The translations under genes and the position numbers were made by a program. This document shows, in pieces, positions 53,551 to 64,000 of a stretch of 64,000 nt of DNA; positions within the stretch are counted from its first letter, which is position 1, and each line of letters starts with the position of its first letter. The notes beneath the pieces were generated by a model. That model had not been told where the DNA came from. It saw nothing but the letters and a program-made list of their open reading frames with translations, and did not search any database. The stretch is taken from assembly GCA_964247055.1 (NCBI GenBank), contig OZ176050.1, positions 3,782,001 to 3,846,000 of the forward strand, given 5' to 3'. Source of the stretch: Paragordius varius. Lineage: Eukaryota; Animalia; Nematomorpha.

Positions 53551-54236
53551 GTGCGCGCACTTTTCAGTAGCAAAAAAAATAAAAATGCTAAAATAAAATA
53601 CAATAAACAAAAATATAAATATTTCTAAAAAATATATATACCTGTAAAAAGAGGATCGTGTTTTTAAAATCAAATTAACTAAAACACAAATGTATAGGAT
53701 AGGCGCCTTTTTAATTAAAAATCAATTTTTTCATGTACTTTTTTTGTTAATTTATGATTATTTTTCAAATGCAGGTAACACAATAATTATTTCACTATTG
53801 AAAAAAAATAAAATGGAGCAGGCCAGTTTAAAATGTGTAAAACAAATATCCGATATCATGTTTTAATTATAATTACTGCTGCTATATTCGTAATATGTTT
53901 TTTTGTTTTACACAAACGCATATGTAAAACCCAAAACTTAATGTAAATAATTTTAATGCCCAAACTCCTACACACACATATAACATATGTTGAAAAGATT
54001 AAAAAAATTAAATTTTATGATAAAATCTATCTCTCACTCTGCCTTTATAAACTCATCGCATTGAAATACAACAGTAATTTTTTCCCCCAAAGCTTCCTGT
54101 TTATTTTATGCACAATATATGGGGGTACTTTAAAAAACCGTTGTTAAACCAAATTTTATTGTTGTACATTTAACATAAATATTTTGCGAATTCCATTATA
54201 AATTTAATTGTGTATGTAGTATTATTGGTGCGCGCA
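53551..54236. promoter_or_regulatory. Two GTGCGCGCA motifs upstream of the CUB-LDLa gene (candidate cis-elements)
   Basis: GTGCGCGCAC palindrome at 53551-53560 and GTGCGCGCA at 54228-54236, about 340 and 1015 bp upstream of the ATG in AT-rich DNA. Function not shown. Confidence 0.3.
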
Positions 54237-57200
54237 TCTTACCCCATACGAAAGATTTTATCTAAAGATTAAAGTTTGAATGATCTCTCCGTTTTTAAAG
54301 TTTAAGCTAAAACAAACAAATTCCTATCCTTGCAAAGTGTGTAATTAATCTTCCATTCCAAAAACTATCATAAATATAAATTTAAGAAATTTTACCAACC
54401 AAACCTTTAGCCAAAAAATTTTACTGTTGTAAAATGAATTATGCCTGGGGTTAGCTTACGGGTGAATCTTTAAAAACAATCATAAATTAAATGTTAGAAT
54501 TCATTGTGTTTTACTATTTGCATTAAAATATTTAACATATGGTGTTTTAAGTGAAAATTGTAAATTATAAAATTTGAAATTATGAATTTAAAAATGAATG
54601 AGTATGTAATAAAAAATGTTATATATTTTGAATACCAATTTTCATTAAAATATATTTTCATTTAAAAAAAATTAAAAATGGATTTTAAGAATGCGTCTAA
54701 ATCAAAATTTATATATATATAATTTTCAAGTGGTTTTTTTATCAAATGTAATAATTTGCATAACAATAGAAAAATTATCACAGAAGATAGAGTAAAGCGT
54801 CAATGGGGGATTTTTATTTGAAGAAAGAAAGATTTTATCTAGCGAAAATCCATTTTTCCTGTTATACATAAAAAAACAAATTAAATGCCCATTAAAAAAT
54901 CAATGAAAATATTTTACACATTTTTAAAATCTGCATGAAAATTTATATATATTGTTAAAAAGATTAATTTATAAATATTTTTTACAAATTATAGTTAATA
55001 TTTGAATTTACATTTATAAATGGCGCAGATGAACTTTATCCAGCTCTGAGATACAACCATGCTTCCCTTTTCTTTAACAACAACAAACAACTTTTACAAA
55101 TCACAAAAAAAAGGAATTTGCAAAATTAAAAATTATTTTATAATTATATATTTATGGTTTTACAATATATAAAATGAGTTTTTATTGATTAGAAGAAATA
55201 TTTTAAATATATATTGAAACTAATTTTTAGGTAATATCAAAGAATATTGTAAATAAAATATTCCGATAAATCGCGATTTACCATTTAATTATTTTAATGG
55301 CTAATGAATAATGGTATATGTATATGAAAGAAAGCACAAGATATTATGAACATCTATGCTGCCAGCAATAGTTAGCTAAATAAATAGGTTTCTGTACTGA
55401 GAAAAATTGGAATCGAAAATCTAATATTTACTTTAGCTAGCGTTCAATGTACGTATCCCTATACGCTTGAGGGAAAAATTGCAATATACAGCAAGAAAAT
55501 TAGATTATAATTATATATTAAACATTAAATATTTATGATGAAAAAATAATTTAATAATTAACACAGCCTTAATTGGTTTGAAAATGGAAAAAAATTACGA
55601 TTCGGTAAGAGTAATTACATGACCTCTGGAAAATAAAATTTTTCAGGGGTTAAATTTGGGGTATCTCTCCGATTAATTAAGAAAATATAAATTTTAATTG
55701 TCAGCCATATATTCTTTTAATTTTTTTGTCTATTTAACAATTGGAAAATCCTTTTAAATCTATAAAATAAAATATATTCTTGGGTATATAAAAACATACT
55801 TTGATGGTATAAATTGGTTGGAGCGTTGATTTCCGCAATATGAATATATATTAAAATAATTTTGTGGGCACAGATAAATTTGATTTTGGTGGTATAAAAT
55901 ATATTCTGTAAAGTGATATTTTAAAAAATTTGTAAGTAGAATAAAAAATAAAAGCAATGATGTATGGAGAGCATTTGGCTTTTTAACAACAAAAATATTG
56001 ATACTAAAAATTAAACAAGTTGTAAATTAAAAAACTATAAACACCATGTGCCAGCAGCGAAAAAAATAAAAAATTTATTTCAGGTAAAAACGCTGTTTCT
56101 ATAAAATATTTAATTTTGTTATCAATTTATAATATGTACATATTGAATTATTTATTAATTACATAATAATATATATTGTACAAATGATTTTTTGTGTTCA
56201 AAATAAAGAAGGATATAATTTTATTTCCCCTAAAAAACATAACCAAAAAAAGATGTGCGCAATATTGTGTTAATTTTATAGTATTATACAGTAAAAAAAA
56301 TATGTACTTATATACAGTAACGTATGATGAAAACAACAAAGTGATAAAATTAAACAAAGTTTGTCCTATACGTTTTAACATTAATTTTGTTTAATAATTT
56401 CAACTATTTGTTCTTTGTTACCATACGCTACCGTACATCAATCACTCCTTATTTATAACTAATAACATTTGTTGGGATTATTATAAGTTCATTTTCATCA
56501 TGATGTAATGTAAAAAAATTATTATAAAATATGCATAAACATAACAGAACATTGAGACAAATACAGTACAGTAGAACTTAAGAACAAAGCAAGATGACTT
56601 TGTATTTTTTTCTATCCTTAAAAAGTCACAGGTGGTCGGAGCCATGATTTAAGTCTAGAATAATTAAATAGATATATGATTTAGACATAATTCAGAGTAT
56701 AAATAATTGTTTATTTTGATCCAATTTGTTAGATTAATTTGTGGTAAATACTATAAGATCCGGGTATAAAAACAAACAAAAATGACTCATTACTCGCACG
56801 TATTTTTACATAATAATCGCTTTAATATGTTTATAAAAATAATATATCTTTCTTCCTCAAACGTTCAGGTCAAAAATAAATATAATATCTATATCTGAAA
56901 AAAGTTTACCAAAGTATATTTAATTTATATTATGGCTGTCGCGTTGTCCTTTTCAATGTCTTTTAAGTAAACCTCAAACGTTATGTCATCCATTCATATT
57001 AATTAAAAATTGGTATAAACATTGTTTATGTTATTATATGTAGATCTAAATTTGACTTTCACCTCAAGCCACTTTTTCATTCTGAGCCGTTTCGAATTCG
57101 TAAAACCGTAGAATCTGAATATAATATTTAAATTTGCGCAAATCACATATAGATCAAATCCTTATGTACTTCGTAGTCAGGATATTTGGATTTATTAAAA

Positions 57201-57842
57201 ACTTATAACATATTTAAATGCAATACAAATTTATAAAATCAACAAACTCAAATAGAACAAGATCCTTAACCAATTACAAAACCAAAGTTGCGCCATATAT
57301 AAGGTGACCAGACGTCCCGCTTTTTCACACTTTGTCCCGCTTCCTGCTACGTTTTTAAATGTCCCGCTTTTTCACGATTAAATAAAAAAAATTTTTTTTA
57401 ATACAAATAAATTTTTTTTGTCCGTTTAAATTTTTTATCATTAAATATCTTTAAAATCTATTCAATTTTAAATTAAAATTTTTTATTTTAAATTAAAAAT
57501 AATTATTTTTTTCGAATTTATATCATGTGATTATACACTATACTTCCTACTACTACTGTCATTATTATCAAAAAGCCAAGTTAATACCACAAATCTCTAG
57601 ATTAAAAGACTTGATACCACAAATCGGTACCTTAAACGTTTATTTCACAAAATTAAGGTAATATAATATTTATTATACTAATATTTTAGTTTTATTACTT
57701 GCCAACATTATTAAAAAGCCAAATTAATACCACAAATCGGTAGCTTAAAAGACAAATTGATACCACAAATCGGTACCTTACACGTTTATCACAGAAAATT
57801 AAGGTAGTATAATATTTATTATACTAATAGTAGTTTATAAAT

Positions 57843-59677
57843 ATGAGCACAAAAAGAGGTTGTAAATTCAACGATGAATGAATGAAGGATTTTCCTTTTA
57901 TTAAAAAAATGAAGAATGAATCATCTGTTAAATGTCTTATATGCGAGGAGGAATTCACCCTAGCACATGGCGGCAAGCATGATATTACAAAGCATATGGA
58001 AACACAGAAACATAAAAAATGTTTAGATATGGCGGCATCATCTTACAAAATGAGCGATTATTTTCGAAAAACCGCTTTTGGAGAGGAAGAAAAGAATTTG
58101 GCACTAGCTGAGGGCGTGTTATTTTTTCACGCTGTTAATCACAATCATTCCTTTAGATCTATGGACTGTACCTCACAGGTTATTCGCACGTTATTCCATA
58201 AAAAATTTACATGAGCCCGTACAAAGGCTGAAGCCATTGTGTGCTATGTCCTTTCGCCACATGCATTTTCTGAAATACAAAAAGATTTGCTAAAAATTAA
58301 TTTCTTATCCCTATACTCTGATGCATCAAATCACCATGAAACAAAATTATTTCCCACTTTGATGAGATATTTTGATTCAGAAACCGGATTAAAAATTAAA
58401 ATTTTAGATTTAATTTCCCTACCCGGTGAAAATTCCGAAATAATATTTACTTCAATAATGCAAAAAAATAATTTAAAATACAAAATTATCGCATATTGCG
58501 CTGATAACACCAATATGAACTTTGGTGGAAAAGCAAGGAGAGGAACAAAAAAATATTTTTCATAAATTAACAGATAATCTTAATCAAAACATTATTGGCG
58601 TTGGGTGTGCAGCGCATATAATACACAACGCTATTCAAACAGCTGCTGATTTGTTACCCCTAGATGTGGAAAATGTAGTTGTTAAAATATATTCTTTTTA
58701 TATATACACGGTAGTGTTGAAACGCTTAAAGAATTCTGTGAAAATACAGAAGTTCAATATCAAAAAATGCTTGGATATTAAACTCGTTGGTTAGCTTTTA
58801 TGCCATATCGAAAGAAGTATGATCCTTTAAAATCTTTTTTATTATCACAGGACAAATGTCCTACAACTTCAAAAAAGTTTTTTGAAAGTGATTGTTCAAA
58901 AATATGGTTATTCTTACATAATCAAGCTTCTCTCTTTCAAAATGTTATTAAATTTATAGAAGGTGACAAAATTTCGGCAATAGAAGTAGCCAATGAAGTT
59001 AGTAACCTAAAAAATGTCAAGAACGGTTAGAAAATAATTTTATACCATTAACCATCCGCAATATAATAAAAAATTTAGAAAAACAAGGCTTAATAAATCG
59101 CCAAGATATCCTGTACCATATAAAAATGTTTTATACAAACTGTAAAGATTATTTGGAAGACTGGACGACGCAATTCAATGAAATTAATCATTTTCATTGG
59201 ATAACATTAAAATCAGAATTTAATGTGCGATGTTTAAAAATCATTTGATTATCTGCTCCCAAAAATTCTCAAAAGTAATCTTTCAAAAATGATCTTTTTT
59301 CTGAAGTATCATTAGTTAAAAGATATATTAATAATGAAAAACTTAAATTATGCAAAAAGAAAATGTACAGTAGAAAACAAATGGTTGGAAATATTTCATC
59401 ATTTTTAAGCCAACTATATTACATACAATAATATTTTAAAAATTGTGGAATTCGCACTATCTTTACCGGAACCAACGCTGCTACTGAGCGCGTTTTTTCC
59501 ACAGTAAATCAGGTTTGGACATCGGAAAAATCAAATTTAAATGTTGAAACTTTAAAGGCCGTTTTATCTGTCAAATATAATTTGACAAATTCTTGTGAAG
59601 ACTTCTACAATATTTTAAAAAATGATGACAATCTGCTAAAACGCACTCACTCAAACAAAAAATATACCAAAGAATAA
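57843..59677 (+). pseudogene. hAT transposase pseudogene
   Basis: Zn-finger CLICEEEFTLAHGGKHDITKHMETQKH; HNHSFRSMDC; SLYSDASNH; YCADNTNMNFGG; GCAAHIIHN; TRWLA; C-terminal dimerisation region GTNAATERVFS..WTSEKSNL. Multiple premature stops and frameshifts. Confidence 0.93.
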
Positions 59678-59719
59678 AATATTTTTTTAAAGTTTTTGTG
59701 TTAAAAAATAGACAAAATT

Positions 59720-60538
59720 ACTTAAATATTGTACTTCATAATTTGTCAAATTATATTTGAACGCACAAAATGGCTTTTATTCAACATTTAAATTTGATTC
59801 CATGTCCTTACTTAATTTATTGTGGAAAAACGCGTTCAATAGCAGTGGTTCAGGTAAAGATAATGCAAATTCTACAATTAAAATATTATTGTATGAAACA
59901 TAATTTGTTTAAAAATGATTATTTTAACCATTTCTATCCTACGTATTTTTTTCTGTTGTCCACAATATAAGTTTTCATTCAATATATTTATTTAATAATG
60001 AGACTTCATCAAAAAGTGTCATTGTGCACCGTCTTGTCTTCCAAATAATCGTTTCTGTTTGTATAAAACATTTTTATATTCTGGCTATTCATTGAGCCTT
60101 GTTTTTCTGGATGCTTTATAATATTGCGATTAGGTAATGGTATAAAATTATTTTCTAACTTTTTTTGACTTGGAATTTTGACCTTTGTCCTGTGATAAAA
60201 AATATTCTAGGAAATCACATTTTTATATATATATCAATCGCTGGCAAAAGAGCTAACCAACAGTTCTACAATATCCAAGCATTTTAACATCTATATTTTC
60301 CACATCGAGGGGTAACAAATCAGTAGCTGTTTGAACGTTGTGTATCTGCCAATAATGTTTTGATTTAGATTATTCGCTATATTATTAAAAATATTTTTGT
60401 GCCGCTTCTTGCATCACCCAGTGCACTTTGTGATGATTTCGTCTTTATTATTTTTTTCTAGAATATTAAAATCACTTCACCCTTTGTTCGTGCACATGGA
60501 AATTTATTGAATAAGGTACAAACAACCTGTGAGGTACA
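59720..60538 (-). pseudogene. Inverted, deletion-compressed copy of a related hAT transposase CDS
   Basis: The reverse complement aligns collinearly with 58167-59617, e.g. ATACACAACG---TTCAAACAGCTACTGATTTGTTACCCCTCGATGTGGAAAATATAGATGTTAAAAT vs 58621-58688, and TCAAATATAATTTGACAAAT identical to 59571-59590; several gaps. Confidence 0.93.
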
Positions 60539-60798
60539 AATTTTTTTATATTTATAATGTATTTGTGTTAAAAATAAATAAATATTGTAATAAATTTTTT
60601 GTATAAAAATTTTTGGTTGTACCCCCCAATGACCCACCCCCTTCTCAGAGTTGTCCCGCTTTTTCCTTCAAAAAATCTGGTCACCTTAGCCATATATCAC
60701 ATTTTTATTTTTATTAACAGAAGGATTTTCCCAGAACTCCCCCACATTTTAGTTTAACGCCCTTAATCAAATGTCCAATATAATTTATGAATAATTTA

Positions 60799-63700
60799 CA
60801 GGGCTTGGAACCAGTTCAAAAAAAGTGGAACAGATGGAACCGGAACCCCGTTAATTCCTAAATAATTTAGCGGTTCCTGAGCCGGTTCTTTATATTTAGA
60901 ACTGGTTCCATTTTCGGTTCCTGACTTTTGATTAAATGATTTTACAAAATTATTATAATAATAATCCAACCAAAATATTAACAATTATAAAAACAATTTA
61001 TTATAAACTAGCGTGAATCTCGTGCTGCTACGCAGCCCGAGGAAGTCCTTCGGACTTCTGGGGGGAGGGGGGGGTTCGAAGTTTGGATTTGAATGGGTTT
61101 ACCGGTTTTCCTGTACCAGATCACAAAGCCAGCATTTTCCATTTTTATAAATATATAGATGAGGATAAATAATGTATTAATATCCATATATCTTTTAACA
61201 TGCTATACATATGATAGATACTCCTTACTCAGCAGTTATCATCAAAGAAACGCTTGACTAAAATTTTTTTCTTTTAACAGGCAATACGAAAAAACCTTCT
61301 CGAATTTTTAGAGTCTCATACCGTGGACAAAAAAATACAATCAAAAAAATATTTTTGTGGACTTTGTTTTTTTTGAAAAAAATGGCATTTTACGGGGGTA
61401 GCGGGTAAAAAGAGGGCCTAAATCAAAAAAGTGACTCGACCATGTTCAGCGCGATCAAAAATAAGTAAACAAAAATCATATTTGAAATTGAATGGTCCAA
61501 CACGTTCTCCAAAAAATTGACTTAACCCATTTTTCACACGGGGTGGGCCAAAACTGGGGACCTAATTCCAAAAAAGCGAAGCTATTGTCGGGGCATTTAT
61601 TAATGATTAAATTTTTTCGATGTTTGGATTTGAATGGCTTCACCGGTTTTCCGGAAACAGATCACAAAGTTATATGAAAAATCAGTTTTTAGCGGGTAGC
61701 TCCTTACCAAGCAGCTATCATCAAATAAACGGTGGACTAAAATTTTTGCCTTTTAACAGGGAATACGTGGAATCCATATTGAATTTTTACGGTCTCATAC
61801 CTAGGGCGAAAAATCGATTTAAAAAATTATTTTTGTGGACTTTGTTTTTTGAAAAAGGTGGCATTTTACGGGGGGAGCGGGTAAAAAGAGGGCCTAAATC
61901 AAAAAAGTGGCTCGGCTATGTTCGGCGCAATCGAAAATAAGTAAACAAAAATTATATTTGAAATTGAATGGTCCAACACGTTCTCCGGAAAATTGTCTCA
62001 AAAACACGATTTTGTGGACTTCTGTTTTTTAAAAAAACCCATTTTTCATACGGGGTGGGCTCGAACTGGGGGCCTATTTCAAAAAAAGGGCGAAGCTATT
62101 GTCGGGACATTTATTAATGATTATATTTTTTCGATATTTGGATTTGATTGGGTCTACCGGTTTTCCTGTACCAGATCACAAAGCCAGCATTTTCCATTTT
62201 TATAAATATATAGATGAGGATAAATAATGTATTAATATCCATATATCTTTTAACATGCTATACATATGATAGATACTCCTTACTCAGCATCTATCATCAA
62301 AGAAACGCTTGACTAAAATTTTTTTCTTTTAACAGGCAATACGAAAAATCTTTCTCGAATTTTTACAGTCTCATACCGTGGGCAAAAAAATACAATCAAA
62401 AAAATATTTTTGTGGACTTTGTTTTTTTTGAAAAAAATGGCATTTTACGGGGGGAGCGGGTCAAAAGAGGGCCTAAATCAAAAAAGTGACTCGACTATGT
62501 TCGGCGCAATCGAAAATAAGTAAACAAAAATCATATTTGAAATTGAATGGTCCAACACGTTCTCCAAAAAATTGACTTAACCCATTTTTCACACGGGGTG
62601 GGCCCAAACTGGGGACCTAATTCCAAAAAAGGGCGAAGCTATTGTCGGGGCATTCATTAATGATTATATTTTTTCGATGTTTGGATTTGAATGGGTTCAC
62701 CGGTTTTCCGGAAACAGATCACAAAGTTATATGAAAAATCAGTTTTTAGCGGGTAGCTCCTTACCCAGCAGCTATCATCAAATAAACGGTGGACTAAAAT
62801 TTTTGCCTTTTAACAGGGAATACGTGGAATCTTTATTGAATTTTTACGGTCTCATACCTAGGGCGAAAAATCGATTTAGAAAATTATTTTTGTGGACTTT
62901 GTTTTTTGAAAAAAATGGCATTTTACGGGGGGAGCGGGTAAAAAGAAAGCCTAAATCAAAAAAGTGGCTCGACTATGTTCGGCGCAATCGAAAATAACTA
63001 AATAAAAATCATATTTAAAATTGAATGGTCCAACACGTTCTCCGGAAAATTGTCTCAAAAACACGATTTTGTGGACTTCTGTTTTCAAAAAAAACCCGTT
63101 TTTCATACGGGGTGGGCCCGAACTGGGGGCCTATTTCAAAAAAAGGGCGAAGCTATTGTCGGGACATTTATTAATGATTATATTTTTTCGATATTTGGAT
63201 TTGATTGGGTCTACCGGTTTTCCTGTACCAGATCACAAAGCCAGCATTTTCCATTTTTATAAATATATAGATTTCCAAATGTATAGTGAAAGAAATATAG
63301 TTTAGCATAATAAATGAAACAAATTATAAAAATATAATAGGAAAATGTATAAGTACAAAGGTATATAATGAGTGTTAAATGAAGTATGGAATCTAAAATA
63401 ATCTTTATTTAACTTTAAAAAAATTTGCAATCAATTTGTTGTTAAAACTGCTCTTCAGGTCTGAAAATAAATTAAGGGTTTAAAAACTCCTTTCAAAGGA
63501 GATTAATTTATACTAACATGTCTATTATAAATAAACTTGCGTTATGACTTTTTTTTTAAAACAGCCTAATCACCCAAAATTCAGAGAGTGCTAATATATT
63601 TTAGGCGCTTAGTTTTAGGTTTGAATTATTTAATATGTAGTGGTACAATCTTAAATAAAATAAAAGTTTATAATTCATATGGGAACCAGTAATTAAGGGG

Positions 63701-63817
63701 GTGGAACCGGAACCGGGTTGGTTCTTAAACGGTTGGAACCCGAACCCCTTTGGTTCGATCCCAATGGAACCGATTCTTGTTAAAATCCCAGGAACCGGGT
63801 TCCGGTTTCAAGCCCTG
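60799..63817. mobile_element. Non-autonomous hAT element (~755 bp native) hosting a nested Helitron
   Basis: TIRs CAGGGCTTGGAACC / GGTTTCAAGCCCTG (13/14); perfect 8-bp TSD ATAATTTA (60791-60798, 63818-63825); many subterminal GGAACC/GGTTCC motifs. Confidence 0.93.
61008..63271 (-). mobile_element. Helitron concatemer: two ~1056-bp 5'-end units plus a 152-bp mini-element carrying the single 3' terminus
   Basis: On the minus strand A|TCTATATATTTATAAAAATGG begins at 63271, 62214 and 61159; a single hairpin+CTAG|T end at 61008; units 63271-62215 and 62214-61160 are near-identical and each contains two ~480-bp subrepeats. Confidence 0.9.
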
Positions 63818-64000
63818 ATAATTTAGTCCCAATTAAATTGCTTGGTAAATTCAAATTTAAACTCCTCGAAAAATTCATTTTCTTTCAAAACAAATTTGCA
63901 TTAAATATGAAATGATTCTATCAATCATGGGGTCGATTCGGCACATTTGAATAAAAATACTGTTAATGGATATTAAAAGGATTTGCCCTGAATGTCTATT

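Larger units (their letters stand above)
57300..60688 (+). mobile_element. hAT transposon, 3389 bp, with dead transposase and an internal antisense transposase arm
   Basis: 13-bp perfect TIR TAAGGTGACCAGA (57300-57312 / 60676-60688); perfect 8-bp TSD GCCATATA (57292-57299, 60689-60696); subterminal GTCCCGCTT motifs (3 left, 1 right). Confidence 0.96.

Noticed and set aside
57843-59677. In-frame TGA/TAA in TE ORFs as a sign of an alternative genetic code
   Set aside because: The three host genes have no internal stops under the standard code, and the TE copies also carry frameshifts, so they are simply decayed.
61008-63271. Repeat array as a possible CRISPR or satellite-encoded system
   Set aside because: Units are ~480 and ~1056 bp with no unique spacers, the context is eukaryotic, and Helitron termini explain it.

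Overview
Very AT-rich animal (metazoan) genomic DNA with GT-AG spliceosomal introns and the standard genetic code; the species cannot be identified from the sequence. I reconstructed three intron-split genes by hand, and each exon chain keeps its reading frame through to a stop. (1) The 3' part of an MTHFD1-type methylene-THF dehydrogenase/cyclohydrolase (<1-2816, +), which stops before any formyl-THF synthetase domain and has introns of only 23, 27 and 31 nt. (2) A 47-exon Trio/Kalirin/UNC-73-family RhoGEF (10415-44767, +, ~3045 aa) with Sec14, spectrin repeats and DH1-PH1, then a low-complexity tail with no SH3, second GEF or kinase. (3) A convergent 8-exon CUB-CUB-LDLa-TM receptor of Neto/SOL-2 architecture (53214-46950, -). 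Introns and intergenic DNA hold many transposons with ends resolvable to the base: four hAT elements with perfect 8-bp TSDs, a PIF/Harbinger element with an ATT TSD, TA-flanked MITEs, RTE LINE fragments and two related Helitrons, one a concatemer nested in a hAT MITE. The most unusual structure is the hAT at 57300-60688. Downstream of its transposase it carries a tail-to-tail, deletion-compressed antisense copy of a related transposase, so the element is a long fold-back hairpin, potentially a mobile 'killer'-type silencing element. The splicing landscape is also atypical: 23-31-nt introns, many AG|GTT donors and a probable GC-AG intron. No tRNA, rRNA or CRISPR array is supported.
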